Assembly (NCBI GenBank): GCA_020635535.1 | Contig: JACJZP010000013.1 | Coordinates: 16,358-80,357, forward strand | Reading direction: 5' to 3' | Source of the DNA: Flavobacteriales bacterium | GTDB lineage: Bacteria; Bacteroidota; Bacteroidia; UBA10329 | DNA length: 64,000 nucleotides | Shown here: positions 1-8,889 of the stretch, one piece after another | How positions within the stretch are numbered: position 1 is the first letter of the stretch | How the letters are laid out: every line of letters starts with the position of its first letter | Notes under the pieces: model-generated | What the model saw: only the letters and a program-made list of their open reading frames with translations | What the model was told of the DNA's origin: nothing | The model's database searches: none | Made by a program: the position numbers and the translations under genes

Positions 1-1131
1 TTCTTCCATTTCTGTCATGAGTACGCCCTACCGCAGGCCATTTTCATCGTGATACTGGAAGTAGTTCTTGGCGTGGCCATTCTTGTTCGATTCCGCACAC
101 GGTTAACAGCTTGGTTGCTGTTGTTGTTGATCCTGTTCTTCACGGCTTTAACGTTCGCATCGGCCTATTTCGGTATCGTAAAAACCTGTGGTTGCTTCGG
201 TGATGCGATTCCACTCACAGCTTGGGAAAGTTTCTACAAGGACGTAGTTCTAACTGTGCTCATCGTCATCATTTTCATCCGTCAGAAGCAGATAAGCATC
301 TCCGAAACGGGAATGAACGATTTTGTGCTGGCAGGAGTCGGTTCATTGGTCATGTTAAAGCTATCTTACGACTTAGAGTGGTTCTTCCCATTCTGGTTCA
401 CGTTTGTAACATTCACAGTGTTCTTCTTAGTACGATTGGTAGACCACATCAAAGCACCATGGATTACTACAGTGTTGGCAACTGTTGCGATGAGCTTCTT
501 CACGTTCTACACGTACAGTTACCTGCCAGTGAAAGATTTCCGTGCTTATGCATCGGGTAAGAGTATTTCTGAACAGATGCAAGGCGTTCCGGATAAACTG
601 AAGTACTTCTATATCCTTCGCGACAAGGAAACGGGTGAAGAGAAAGAGTTCGAGAAATTCCCTGATAATTATCAAGAGAAATACGAGTATGTTGATTCTC
701 GAACCGAGGTACTTGAGAAGGGAGTCGAGCCGAAGATTATGGATTTCTCCATCATGACGGCCGAAGGTGAAGACCTGACTGAAGATTTCTTGCAGAGTGA
801 GAATTTCACCTTCTTCGTCATTTCAAACGACCTGACAAAAGCCGTTGAGCAGCCGCAGCAACGAATCAACGAGTTGGCCAAAAATCTTCAGGAGCGCGGT
901 TACAGAATTGTGGGTCTTACAGCCAGTACACCAGATATTGCTATTGACTTTGCACAACGAAATGGGAATCCGTTCAATTACCTGTTCTGTGATCAGATCG
1001 TGCTAAAGACCATTATTCGTTCAAATCCAGGTCTGATGCTGATCAAAGACGGAAAGGTTTATGGCAAATGGCACTACAACGACCTGCCTGAACTACAAGT
1101 GTTGGAATTGGAATATTTGAACAAGGAGTGA
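1..1131 (+). CDS. DoxX/MauE-family membrane protein with C-terminal thioredoxin-fold-like domain (5' end probably outside window)
   Basis: Frame 1 is open from base 1 with no stop before the first ATG at 49. The N-terminal half has several hydrophobic helices and a CGCFGD motif typical of MauE/DoxX-type proteins. The soluble C-terminal half (FFVISNDLTKA...GYRIVGLTAS) looks TlpA-like but has no CxxC. Confidence 0.55.
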   Translation, partial: FFHFCHEYALPQAIFIVILEVVLGVAILVRFRTRLTAWLLLLLILFFTALTFASAYFGIVKTCGCFGDAIPLTAWESFYKDVVLTVLIVIIFIRQKQISISETGMNDFVLAGVGSLVMLKLSYDLEWFFPFWFTFVTFTVFFLVRLVDHIKAPWITTVLATVAMSFFTFYTYSYLPVKDFRAYASGKSISEQMQGVPDKLKYFYILRDKETGEEKEFEKFPDNYQEKYEYVDSRTEVLEKGVEPKIMDFSIMTAEGEDLTEDFLQSENFTFFVISNDLTKAVEQPQQRINELAKNLQERGYRIVGLTASTPDIAIDFAQRNGNPFNYLFCDQIVLKTIIRSNPGLMLIKDGKVYGKWHYNDLPELQVLELEYLNKE

Positions 1132-1222
1132 GTTTGAAGAAAATCCTCCGCCTCGTTCCTCGGCACCTCCTTTTAGAAGGAGGAATGGACTTGTTCCCCC
1201 TTGAAAAGGGGGTGGTTCGAAA

Positions 1223-2371
1223 ATGGAGCTTGCGGAACTTTTCGAATCGGGGGATTTTTTGCTTCATCCCTTCATTTCCTCAAAACTTCATCACTTGTTA
1301 AGCTACATCACACGGAAATTACTCTACAGCTTCACGGTGCTGTTGGGTATCGTGACTGTGGTATTCTTGCTTTTTACAGCACTACCGGGTGATCCCGCAA
1401 GATTGATGCTTGGCCAACGGGCCGATCAATCTGAAGTGGAGATGATTCGAAAAGACCTTGGCCTTAATCTGCCGATCTTTACGCAGTATCTGGTTTACCT
1501 GAATGACCTTTCGCCATTGGCATTTTATAATCATGCGGATGAAGAAAGTCCATACTATTTCAAACCAACGGAGCACGAAAGTTCCAATGTTCTTTGGTCT
1601 GGAAGTTCAACCAACGTAGTGCTGAAAGCTCCTTATTTGAGGCGGTCATATCAATCGCAGCAAACCGTTACCGCCATTGTTTTGGAAGCCTTGCCAAGCA
1701 CCGCTGTTTTGGCGGTTTCAGCAATCACCTTTGCTACCATTCTCGGAATCCTTTTTGGAATAGTCGGAGCACTATTTAAGGGGCAATGGCCAGATAAGCT
1801 GCTAATGGTGGTTTCCATTTTTGGGATGAGTCTACCATCATTTGTGGCTGCTATTCTCATCATGTGGCTGTTTGCTTATTTGCTCGGTCACATAACAGGT
1901 CTGGAAGTGACGGGAAGCCTCTATGAAATTGATGAGTTTGAAGGCAAGAAACTCGTGCTGAAGAATCTGATTCTTCCAGCCATCACGTTGGGTGTGCGTC
2001 CCTTGGCGGTATTCATGCAACTAACGCGAAATTCCATGCTAGAAGTCCTTTCGATGGACTACGTTCGGACCGCAACAGCAAAAGGTCTATCCTTCAGAAC
2101 GGTGGTGATGAAACACGCGCTTCGCAACGCGCTGAATCCTGTTATAACCGCTATTTCTGGTTGGTTGGCATCGCTTCTTGCTGGAGCTGTTTTCGTAGAG
2201 ATTGTCTTTGGCTGGAAAGGCCTTGGGCTCATCATGCTCAATGCGCTAAACACGTATGACCTGCCTGTGGTCATGGGTTGCATCATTCTGGTGGCGGTCA
2301 TCTTTGTGGTTATCAACATGCTGGTTGATATCCTCTATGGTATATTTGACCCACGAGTGAGTATTAGCTAA
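1223..2371 (+). CDS. ABC transporter permease, DppB/OppB (peptide/nickel) family
   Basis: Multiple TM segments. The EAA-loop region DYVRTATAKGLSFRTVVMKHALRNALNPVIT is close to the DppB/OppB consensus. ATG 1223 gives an atypical leader, and in-frame TTG 1295 (LSYITRKLL...) is an alternative start. No ATPase or binding-protein gene is adjacent. Confidence 0.8.
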   Translation: MELAELFESGDFLLHPFISSKLHHLLSYITRKLLYSFTVLLGIVTVVFLLFTALPGDPARLMLGQRADQSEVEMIRKDLGLNLPIFTQYLVYLNDLSPLAFYNHADEESPYYFKPTEHESSNVLWSGSSTNVVLKAPYLRRSYQSQQTVTAIVLEALPSTAVLAVSAITFATILGILFGIVGALFKGQWPDKLLMVVSIFGMSLPSFVAAILIMWLFAYLLGHITGLEVTGSLYEIDEFEGKKLVLKNLILPAITLGVRPLAVFMQLTRNSMLEVLSMDYVRTATAKGLSFRTVVMKHALRNALNPVITAISGWLASLLAGAVFVEIVFGWKGLGLIMLNALNTYDLPVVMGCIILVAVIFVVINMLVDILYGIFDPRVSIS

Positions 2372-2440
2372 AACGAAAAAAGAATAAGGGGAAAGCGGAC
2401 TCAAGTTTTTCATTTTCTCCTTTTTCATTTCAACTGATCA

Positions 2441-3187
2441 ATGAGAAAGAAAATTGTTGCCGGAAACTGGAAAATGAACCTCACAAAAAATGAGGGACTG
2501 TTGCTGGTAGAAGGCGTTCTGAATGGAGTAGGAGATACCGATACAAAAGTGATTCTTGGAGTTCCGTTTCCGTTTATTTCAGATGCCGTTTCTGGGGTTG
2601 ATGGAAGTGCCATTTCTGTGGCGGCACAGAATTGTCATCAAGAGGAAAAAGGAGCGTTTACAGGCGAGGTTTCTGTAGAAATGTTGAAGTCGTTCGGAGC
2701 GGAATACTGTATAGTTGGCCATTCGGAAAGACGGCAGTATTTCGGTGAAACGGACGAACTCATCAACCAGAAAATTCAGCGTTTACTCGCAAGCGGAATT
2801 ATTCCGATCTATTGCTGTGGCGAATCTCTGGAAGAGCGCGAGTCCGAAAGGCATTTCAAGGTGATGGAGGAGCAGATTCAATCCGCGCTTCAAGGGTTCC
2901 AAAAGGATGAATTGAAGAAGATCGTCATCGCTTATGAACCGGTTTGGGCTATTGGAACAGGCGTTACGGCAACTCCCGAACAGGCGCAGGAAATGCACAA
3001 ATTTATTCGAGAGAAACTGGCGCAGGTGCTGGTGGATGAGGCCGAAGAGGTTTCCATTCTTTACGGTGGAAGCGTGAAGCCGAACAATGCCAAAGAGCTT
3101 TTCTCGCAAAAGGACATTGATGGTGGCCTTATTGGTGGTGCTTCTCTTAGCGCTCCAGACTTTTTAGAAATCATTCATTCTTTCTGA
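2441..3187 (+). CDS. tpiA: triosephosphate isomerase
   Basis: Canonical TIM motifs: N-terminus KIVAGNWKMN, IVGHSERR, AYEPVWAIGTG, GGASL. Length 248 aa. Confidence 0.95.
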   Translation: MRKKIVAGNWKMNLTKNEGLLLVEGVLNGVGDTDTKVILGVPFPFISDAVSGVDGSAISVAAQNCHQEEKGAFTGEVSVEMLKSFGAEYCIVGHSERRQYFGETDELINQKIQRLLASGIIPIYCCGESLEERESERHFKVMEEQIQSALQGFQKDELKKIVIAYEPVWAIGTGVTATPEQAQEMHKFIREKLAQVLVDEAEEVSILYGGSVKPNNAKELFSQKDIDGGLIGGASLSAPDFLEIIHSF

Positions 3188-3188
3188 T

Positions 3189-4022
3189 ATGGCACACGCA
3201 GTGCTCGCAATCGCGGTCAGCCCACAGGAGCCAGGGCGCGACATCGTAATTTCTGAACTCACGGATATTGGCTTTGAGGGGTTTCTTGAAACGGATGAAG
3301 GCGTGGATGCTTACATCGAAGAAGCAGAACTCGATCTGGATGCAGTGAAGGAGGTTCTTTCCCGCATTCGCGATGCTGAGTTTGAGGTTTCGTATTCCAC
3401 TTCGGTTGCTGAAGAGAAGAACTGGAATGAGGAATGGGAAAAGAACTTCGATCCAGTTGAGATCAAAGACCTGTGCCGCATCCGTGCGCCATTCCATGAA
3501 CCGAGATCGGGTTTCAAACTCGAAATTGTTATCATGCCGAAGATGAGTTTCGGAACGGGGCACCACGCCACTACTTCACTTATGACCGAATATCTCATGA
3601 CCACCAAAGTGGAGGGTCCGCTTTTAGATATGGGTTCGGGAACGGCTGTGCTTGCCATTGTGGCGCACAAGCTTGGTGTCAAGGATATCACGGCCATCGA
3701 TATTGACGATTGGGCGTTTGAGAATGCTCCCGAAAACTGCGAGTTGAATGACATTGATGATATCGTCATTCTACAGGGCGATGCAAGCCTGTTGGGTAAG
3801 AAGAAATTCAATACAGTTCTTGCCAATATCAACCGCAACGTGCTGTTGGAAGACATCCCGAAATATGTTGATGTGCTTAACACAAACGGCCAGCTTTTTG
3901 TGAGTGGATTTTATTCAGAAGACCTTAACATGATCCGTGATGTGGCTCAAAAAGCAGGTCTTATCTTTAACGGAAATCTTGAAAAGAACAATTGGGTTTC
4001 GGCCCGATTCATCAAACAATAA
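3189..4022 (+). CDS. prmA: ribosomal protein L11 methyltransferase
   Basis: PrmA-like length and motifs: FGTGHHATT, SAM motif I LLDMGSGTAVLAI, and ANI downstream. Starts 1 nt after the tpiA stop. Confidence 0.85.
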   Translation: MAHAVLAIAVSPQEPGRDIVISELTDIGFEGFLETDEGVDAYIEEAELDLDAVKEVLSRIRDAEFEVSYSTSVAEEKNWNEEWEKNFDPVEIKDLCRIRAPFHEPRSGFKLEIVIMPKMSFGTGHHATTSLMTEYLMTTKVEGPLLDMGSGTAVLAIVAHKLGVKDITAIDIDDWAFENAPENCELNDIDDIVILQGDASLLGKKKFNTVLANINRNVLLEDIPKYVDVLNTNGQLFVSGFYSEDLNMIRDVAQKAGLIFNGNLEKNNWVSARFIKQ

Positions 4023-4023
4023 C

Positions 4024-7000
4024 ATGAGAAAAATTCTCTTTCTACTGGGCTTTTTCGTGCTCAACTCAATCACTGCAACACAGGCGCAGCAGCTCAAATC
4101 CTTCACACACGACAACGAAAAGTACATCGAAGAACTTCAGGGTTTCTTTGCGCAGGGCGACCCGAAAGCGGCCAAGAAACTGATTGAGGAAACCTTTCTG
4201 CCGGTTTGGAACAGTGGTCATTACAATACGCAGCAGAAAGAGCGTGTTTACAAGATGTCTGACCTGATGTTGGATAAGCGCAAGAAGGCGGTGGATTTTG
4301 AAAACTACCTCTACGCGCTGATGAGTTTTGCGCATAGTATGAAGCCGGCTTCTGATTTCGATGCTTTTCATGATGGGATGGAGAAGACCATTACAAAGCT
4401 GTCGCGAAAACAATTTACCGAGTATTTGGAAGTGTGCAAAGGCCTCTTTACAGAGTATGTGCTTTTCGAATCTCCTGCTGTGAAATGGGTTGCCCGTTAT
4501 GATCCGTACAAGATCGAGTTCGACTCGCTGCCAAAGATCGTATTCGGCAAACTGGACCTTAGAGCCTACTCCAAGCGAGATAGCTCTGTGATCTACGGAA
4601 CTGAAGGAGTGTATTATCCAACACTGGCCAAATGGGTAGGAAAGGGCGGCAAAGTGGACTGGAGCCGTGCAGGTTTTGATCCGAATAAGACCTATGCTGA
4701 AATTGGGAATTATGTGCTCAATACAAGCAAATCGCAGTATGTGATCGATTCGGTTACTTTCCATCATCCTGATTATTTGGATAAACCACACTTGGGCCGT
4801 CTGACGGAAAAGATCTTGGCCGATGTGGAACAGGAAGATGCCTCGTATCCTCGCTTCGATTCTTATAACAAGCGCATTCTTATTGAGAACATGTACAAGG
4901 ACATTGATTATTCAGGAGGCTTCTCGCAGCATGGAATCAAGTTCATAGGTTCTGGAGATGCCGATCAACCAGCTACGCTCATCTTCAAGAAGATGAATCA
5001 CATAACTAAGAAGAATGAGCAGTTCATTGAGGCGCGTTCCAAATCGTTTGTCATAAGGCCTGAAAAGGTGCTTTCCAGCAAGGCTGAGGTTTCCATGTAT
5101 TATGAGGGCGATTCCATCTATCATCCGGGCCTTCGGGTCAATTACAATGTAGAGGACCATGAGGTTTCCTTCAGTAAGGATCAGGAAGGTTCTGGTCTGA
5201 GTCCCTTCTTCGACAGCTTTCACAAGGTTGATATGCACGTGGATGAAATAAAGTGGAACATGATAGAGGATTGGATGACCCTTCAGAACACCTCAGGAGG
5301 TTCGGACAATAGTGCGCTCTTCGAATCGGAGACCTATTATGATGAGTACCGCTACGATAGATTGAGAGGAACGGCCGATACACACCCGCTGTGGAAGATC
5401 AGAGACTACGCCAAGAAGGTGGGGCAGGAGGAATTGACAGTTGATCAGGTGGCTCAACTTTTTCATGCCGATATCAGCGATACCAAAGTGTTCCTGATCA
5501 ATCTTTCCAATTCCGGATTCATGACCTATAACTATGACAAGGATCGAGTGGTCATCAATCCGCGATTGCACCATTATGTGCTTTCACGTTCAAAGAAGAC
5601 CGACTACGATATCATTCAGTTCGAGTCGACCATAGAAGGACTTCCAAATGCAAAACTGAACCTGCTGAATTGGGATATGGACATGAGCGGAGTGGGGCGC
5701 ATTTTCCTTTCAGATTCTCAGAATGTGGTCGTTTTCCCTTACGAACAGCAACTTACCCTTAAAAAGAATCGCGACTTTGTTTTCGATGGTAAGGTAATTG
5801 GAGGGCGTTTGGATTTCTTCGGGCATGATTTTCAGTTCAGTTTCGATGATTTCAAGATCAACATGACCAAGATTGATTCTCTGCGTCTCAAGGTTCCCGA
5901 TGGAGAACCGGATGAAAGAGGTCGTCAAAAACTGCGTGCCGTTAAAACAGTGCTCAGAGATTTAACAGGAGAACTGTTGGTAGATAGGCCAGACAATAAA
6001 TCGGGGTTGGTGGATCACCCGCGGTATCCCGTGTTCAACAGCACCAGCGATTCATACGTTTATTATGACAGGCGCTCCATTCAAGATGGGGTTTACAATA
6101 AGGAGGATTTCTATATGCACTTGAAACCCTTCAGTATTGATAGTTTGGAAGATTTCACCAAGGAAGGCTTGGAGTTCGGTGGAACGTTCGTTTCAGCTGG
6201 CATTTTTCCAGATTTTGAGGAAACACTCAAACTACAACCCGATTTCTCGCTTGGTTTTGTGCGAGAGACCCCACCAGAGGGTTATGACATGTACGGTGGC
6301 AAGGGCAATTATAAGGCTACCATTAAACTTAGCCATGACGGTCTGAGAGGAGATGGCGATCTGGAGTATCTGACATCGGTTTCTAAGTCTGACGACTTCA
6401 TCTTTTATCCTGATTCTGTGAACGGTATTGCTCAGGATTTTACCATCAAAGAGCAGAAGTCGCCTGTTGAGTATCCTCCAGTTGTGGCAAAAGATGTGAA
6501 GGTGCATTGGATGCCAAAATTGGACCACTTCTACAGCTATAAGATTGAGAATCCGTTCGATATGTATGGTGGTGAGGTGGTGCATCATGGAGGTTTGGAT
6601 CTCACTCCAAAAGGGCTGGATGGCTTCGGAAATCTCGACTTTGCAGATAGCTATATGAGATCCGATAGATTCAACTTCCTATATCGGGACATTCACGCAG
6701 ACACGGCCGATTTCAAACTGAAGGGAACCTCAACCACGGCTGATGCCTTTAAAACGCAGAACGTACAAATGGACATTGATCTTGATGAAAGAAAAGGTCA
6801 CTTCAAATCGAATACTGGAGGAGATTTCGTTGATTTTCCAGTAAATCAGTACATCTGTTACATAGATGAGTTTGTTTGGAATATTGATGCCAAAGACATT
6901 GATGTTGTTTCTGATGGAGAAGGTTCGAGGTACGTATCCACAAATCCAAAGCAGGATTCTCTCGAATGGCGTTCGCCTCTTACCAAATTCGACCTGAAGA

Positions 7001-8445
7001 ATTTCATTATCTCGGCAGAGAAAGTAGATCACATTGACGTAGCGGATGCCATAGTTTATCCAGACAGTGGAAAGGTTACCATCCGTCAGGAAGCAAAAAT
7101 GGATCCGCTTACCGATGCAAAGATCGTGGCCAACAGGATCACCAAATTCCATACATTCTATGAGTCGAACGTCAATGTGCTGGGCAAGTGGAACTACAAC
7201 GCCACTGGTAAATACGATTACACAGATGTTACAGGCGGAAAGCAGTTGATCGAGTTCTCAACCATAGGGGTCGATTCAGCAAAACAGACCTTTGCACTCG
7301 GTCAGATCAAAGAGGAAGCAGCATTTACCCTCAGCCCGAATTTCGATTACAAGGGCAGTGCTAAGCTCTTTGCCAGCAAGGAGTTTCTCACTTATGATGG
7401 TAGTACACGTATCAAACACGATTGTCAGGGAATTACCCGCGATTGGTTGAAGTTTGAAGCTGATATTGATCCGAACGACATCTATATCCCCATACCTGCA
7501 GATCCAAAAGACGCCAGCGGAAAGGCAATGTCATCAGGAGTGGTCATTGCCAGAGATTCAACTAAGGTGTACCCAACATTCCTGTCGACCAAGGAGAATG
7601 CGAACGACATAGATATAGTTGCCGCAGAGGGCTATCTCCACTTTGACAATGAAAGTCAGGAATACCGTATCTCAAACAAGGATAAGCTACAGGGAGCGGT
7701 TGTTGGCGGCAACTACGTGAGCCTGAGTAACGAGTGTATTGCAAGAGGACAGGGCAAGCTCGAAATGGGACTTGACCTCGGACAGGTTGAACTTACGCCT
7801 CTCGGAACGGTTGAGCACAATATGAACAATGACTCTACCAAGTTCAATCTTTTCTTAGGGCTTGACTTCTTTTTCAGCGAAGAATGCTTGCGGATAATGG
7901 CTGACAAATTGACCAATCATTTCCCGCCCCTGGACGCTGTTTTCTACGGCACTGAATATGAAAAGGCGCTAATTGAATTGGTAGGTAAGGAAGAAGCCAC
8001 TAAGCTTATTCAGGACCTTAACCTTTACGGCTCATTCAAAAAGCTACCCAAGGAAATTCAGAAGAGTATTTTCCTTACTGATGTTAAACTTACTTGGGAT
8101 GCGCAAGCTGGTGCATATCGGTATAAAGGATTCATCGGAGTGTCGTCTGTAGACAAGTATCAGGTCAATAAGATGGTCTATGGCCTAATTGAGTTGAAGA
8201 AGAAACGCAATGGCGATGAGCTTGGTCTTTATTTGGAGCCGAGCGATGATAGCTGGTTCTATTTCAATTATAAGCGCGGAATATTGGGAGCGTTCTCATC
8301 ACATGATGATTTCAATGCTCAGATTCGTGATACCAAAGACGATGCGCGAACCAAGAAGGCTGAGAATGGTAAGCCGAAGATCACCTACGTGTTGAGCACG
8401 GCTATTCAGAGAAGAAACTTTGTGCGGTCTTTCGAAGAGGAGTGA
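4024..8445 (+). CDS. large secreted protein of unknown function (1473 aa)
   Basis: The ORF-track start 3937 overlaps prmA. ATG 4024, 1 nt after the prmA stop codon (4020-4022), gives a clean signal peptide MRKILFLLGFFVLNSITATQAQQ. The frame is uninterrupted for 4.4 kb. I recognise no named motif. Confidence 0.6.
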   Translation: MRKILFLLGFFVLNSITATQAQQLKSFTHDNEKYIEELQGFFAQGDPKAAKKLIEETFLPVWNSGHYNTQQKERVYKMSDLMLDKRKKAVDFENYLYALMSFAHSMKPASDFDAFHDGMEKTITKLSRKQFTEYLEVCKGLFTEYVLFESPAVKWVARYDPYKIEFDSLPKIVFGKLDLRAYSKRDSSVIYGTEGVYYPTLAKWVGKGGKVDWSRAGFDPNKTYAEIGNYVLNTSKSQYVIDSVTFHHPDYLDKPHLGRLTEKILADVEQEDASYPRFDSYNKRILIENMYKDIDYSGGFSQHGIKFIGSGDADQPATLIFKKMNHITKKNEQFIEARSKSFVIRPEKVLSSKAEVSMYYEGDSIYHPGLRVNYNVEDHEVSFSKDQEGSGLSPFFDSFHKVDMHVDEIKWNMIEDWMTLQNTSGGSDNSALFESETYYDEYRYDRLRGTADTHPLWKIRDYAKKVGQEELTVDQVAQLFHADISDTKVFLINLSNSGFMTYNYDKDRVVINPRLHHYVLSRSKKTDYDIIQFESTIEGLPNAKLNLLNWDMDMSGVGRIFLSDSQNVVVFPYEQQLTLKKNRDFVFDGKVIGGRLDFFGHDFQFSFDDFKINMTKIDSLRLKVPDGEPDERGRQKLRAVKTVLRDLTGELLVDRPDNKSGLVDHPRYPVFNSTSDSYVYYDRRSIQDGVYNKEDFYMHLKPFSIDSLEDFTKEGLEFGGTFVSAGIFPDFEETLKLQPDFSLGFVRETPPEGYDMYGGKGNYKATIKLSHDGLRGDGDLEYLTSVSKSDDFIFYPDSVNGIAQDFTIKEQKSPVEYPPVVAKDVKVHWMPKLDHFYSYKIENPFDMYGGEVVHHGGLDLTPKGLDGFGNLDFADSYMRSDRFNFLYRDIHADTADFKLKGTSTTADAFKTQNVQMDIDLDERKGHFKSNTGGDFVDFPVNQYICYIDEFVWNIDAKDIDVVSDGEGSRYVSTNPKQDSLEWRSPLTKFDLKNFIISAEKVDHIDVADAIVYPDSGKVTIRQEAKMDPLTDAKIVANRITKFHTFYESNVNVLGKWNYNATGKYDYTDVTGGKQLIEFSTIGVDSAKQTFALGQIKEEAAFTLSPNFDYKGSAKLFASKEFLTYDGSTRIKHDCQGITRDWLKFEADIDPNDIYIPIPADPKDASGKAMSSGVVIARDSTKVYPTFLSTKENANDIDIVAAEGYLHFDNESQEYRISNKDKLQGAVVGGNYVSLSNECIARGQGKLEMGLDLGQVELTPLGTVEHNMNNDSTKFNLFLGLDFFFSEECLRIMADKLTNHFPPLDAVFYGTEYEKALIELVGKEEATKLIQDLNLYGSFKKLPKEIQKSIFLTDVKLTWDAQAGAYRYKGFIGVSSVDKYQVNKMVYGLIELKKKRNGDELGLYLEPSDDSWFYFNYKRGILGAFSSHDDFNAQIRDTKDDARTKKAENGKPKITYVLSTAIQRRNFVRSFEEE

Positions 8446-8467
8446 TTATTCAAAGGAACTTTATAAG

Positions 8468-8475
8468 TATATTTG
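8468..8475 (+). promoter_or_regulatory. candidate Bacteroidota -7 promoter box (TAnnTTTG) for tRNA-Arg
   Basis: TATATTTG matches the TAnnTTTG consensus and ends 19 nt upstream of the mature tRNA 5' end. Confidence 0.3.
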
Positions 8476-8493
8476 CCGCCCCAAAAAAGGGAT

Positions 8494-8567
8494 GGCTCTG
8501 TAGCTCAACTGGATAGAGCACCTCACTACGGATGAGGAGGTTTGGGGTTCGAATCCCTACAGGGTCA
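8494..8567 (+). tRNA. tRNA-Arg (anticodon ACG)
   Basis: Hand-folded cloverleaf. Acceptor GGCTCTG/CAGGGTC (two G-U pairs); D arm GCTC-AACTGGATA-GAGC; anticodon arm CCTCA-CTACGGA-TGAGG (ACG); variable AGGTT; T arm TGGGG-TTCGAAT-CCCTA; discriminator A. CCA is not encoded. Confidence 0.9.
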
Positions 8568-8570
8568 CAC
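8556..8570 (+). repeat. attL core (direct repeat, overlaps tRNA-Arg 3' end)
   Basis: CCTACAGGGTCACAC is identical to 32144-32158. It extends to 18 nt with one mismatch (ATCCCTAC.. versus ATTCCTAC..). Confidence 0.75.
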
Positions 8571-8581
8571 CTAATGTTGTT

Positions 8582-8615
8582 AAGTCCTTGATTTTCAATT
8601 GAAAATCAAGGACTT
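8582..8615 (+). terminator. island-borne hairpin terminator now serving tRNA-Arg
   Basis: Perfect 14-bp stem AAGTCCTTGATTTT / AAAATCAAGGACTT around CAATTG, followed by TTCTTTT. Starts 12 nt after the att core. Confidence 0.5.
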
Positions 8616-8622
8616 TTCTTTT

Positions 8623-8645
8623 ATGGGTGAAACATAGGTAAAACA
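8623..8645 (+). repeat. tandem arm-type repeats, left island end
   Basis: ATGGGTGAAACA followed by TAGGTAAAACA. The same motif pair occurs at 32003-32026. Confidence 0.5.
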
Positions 8646-8889
8646 TTACACCAGTTCGCTCATAGAGCTGTTGCATTATCCGTCATGTTTAATGCAGTTG
8701 GTCGTTTGCCGAGAAATTGAATTGCTGCGTGAAGTGGCAATTCCAGAGTGTTTAATACACCTTGTGCAGTAAAGTTCATCAGTCATTCAATATTTTAACA
8801 ATGAACTTATGAAAGAAGATCGTTGCATTGATTTACTTATTTTTCGTCCGAATGTCAGCGAATAGGTCGCTTTGTTCAACCAACCCCAA

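Noticed and set aside
1166-1212. Two short hairpins (CCTCCTT-TTAG-AAGGAGG at 1166-1183 and CCCCCTT-GAA-AAGGGGG at 1196-1212) between the first two genes, considered as a terminator or riboswitch
   Set aside because: The stems are only 7 bp and no U-tract follows. There is too little sequence for a structured regulatory RNA. They may still attenuate read-through, but I cannot support a call.
3937-4023. Upstream start (3937) for the large ORF, overlapping the prmA 3' end by 86 nt
   Set aside because: The internal ATG 4024 gives a canonical signal peptide 1 nt after the prmA stop codon. The 29-aa extension has no signal-like character.
4066-4791. 241-aa minus-strand ORF, and similar antisense ORFs at 3311-3883, 6232-6588, 6730-7152, 14208-14669, 14928-15479, 47942-48577 and 50741-51208
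   Set aside because: Each is antisense to, and fully nested in or overlapping, a better-supported long gene. None shows motifs or signal peptides.
8872-8889. TTG start at 8872 for the giant gene
   Set aside because: ATG 8890 six codons downstream begins a canonical signal peptide. The extension MFNQPQ adds nothing and depends on a rare start codon.
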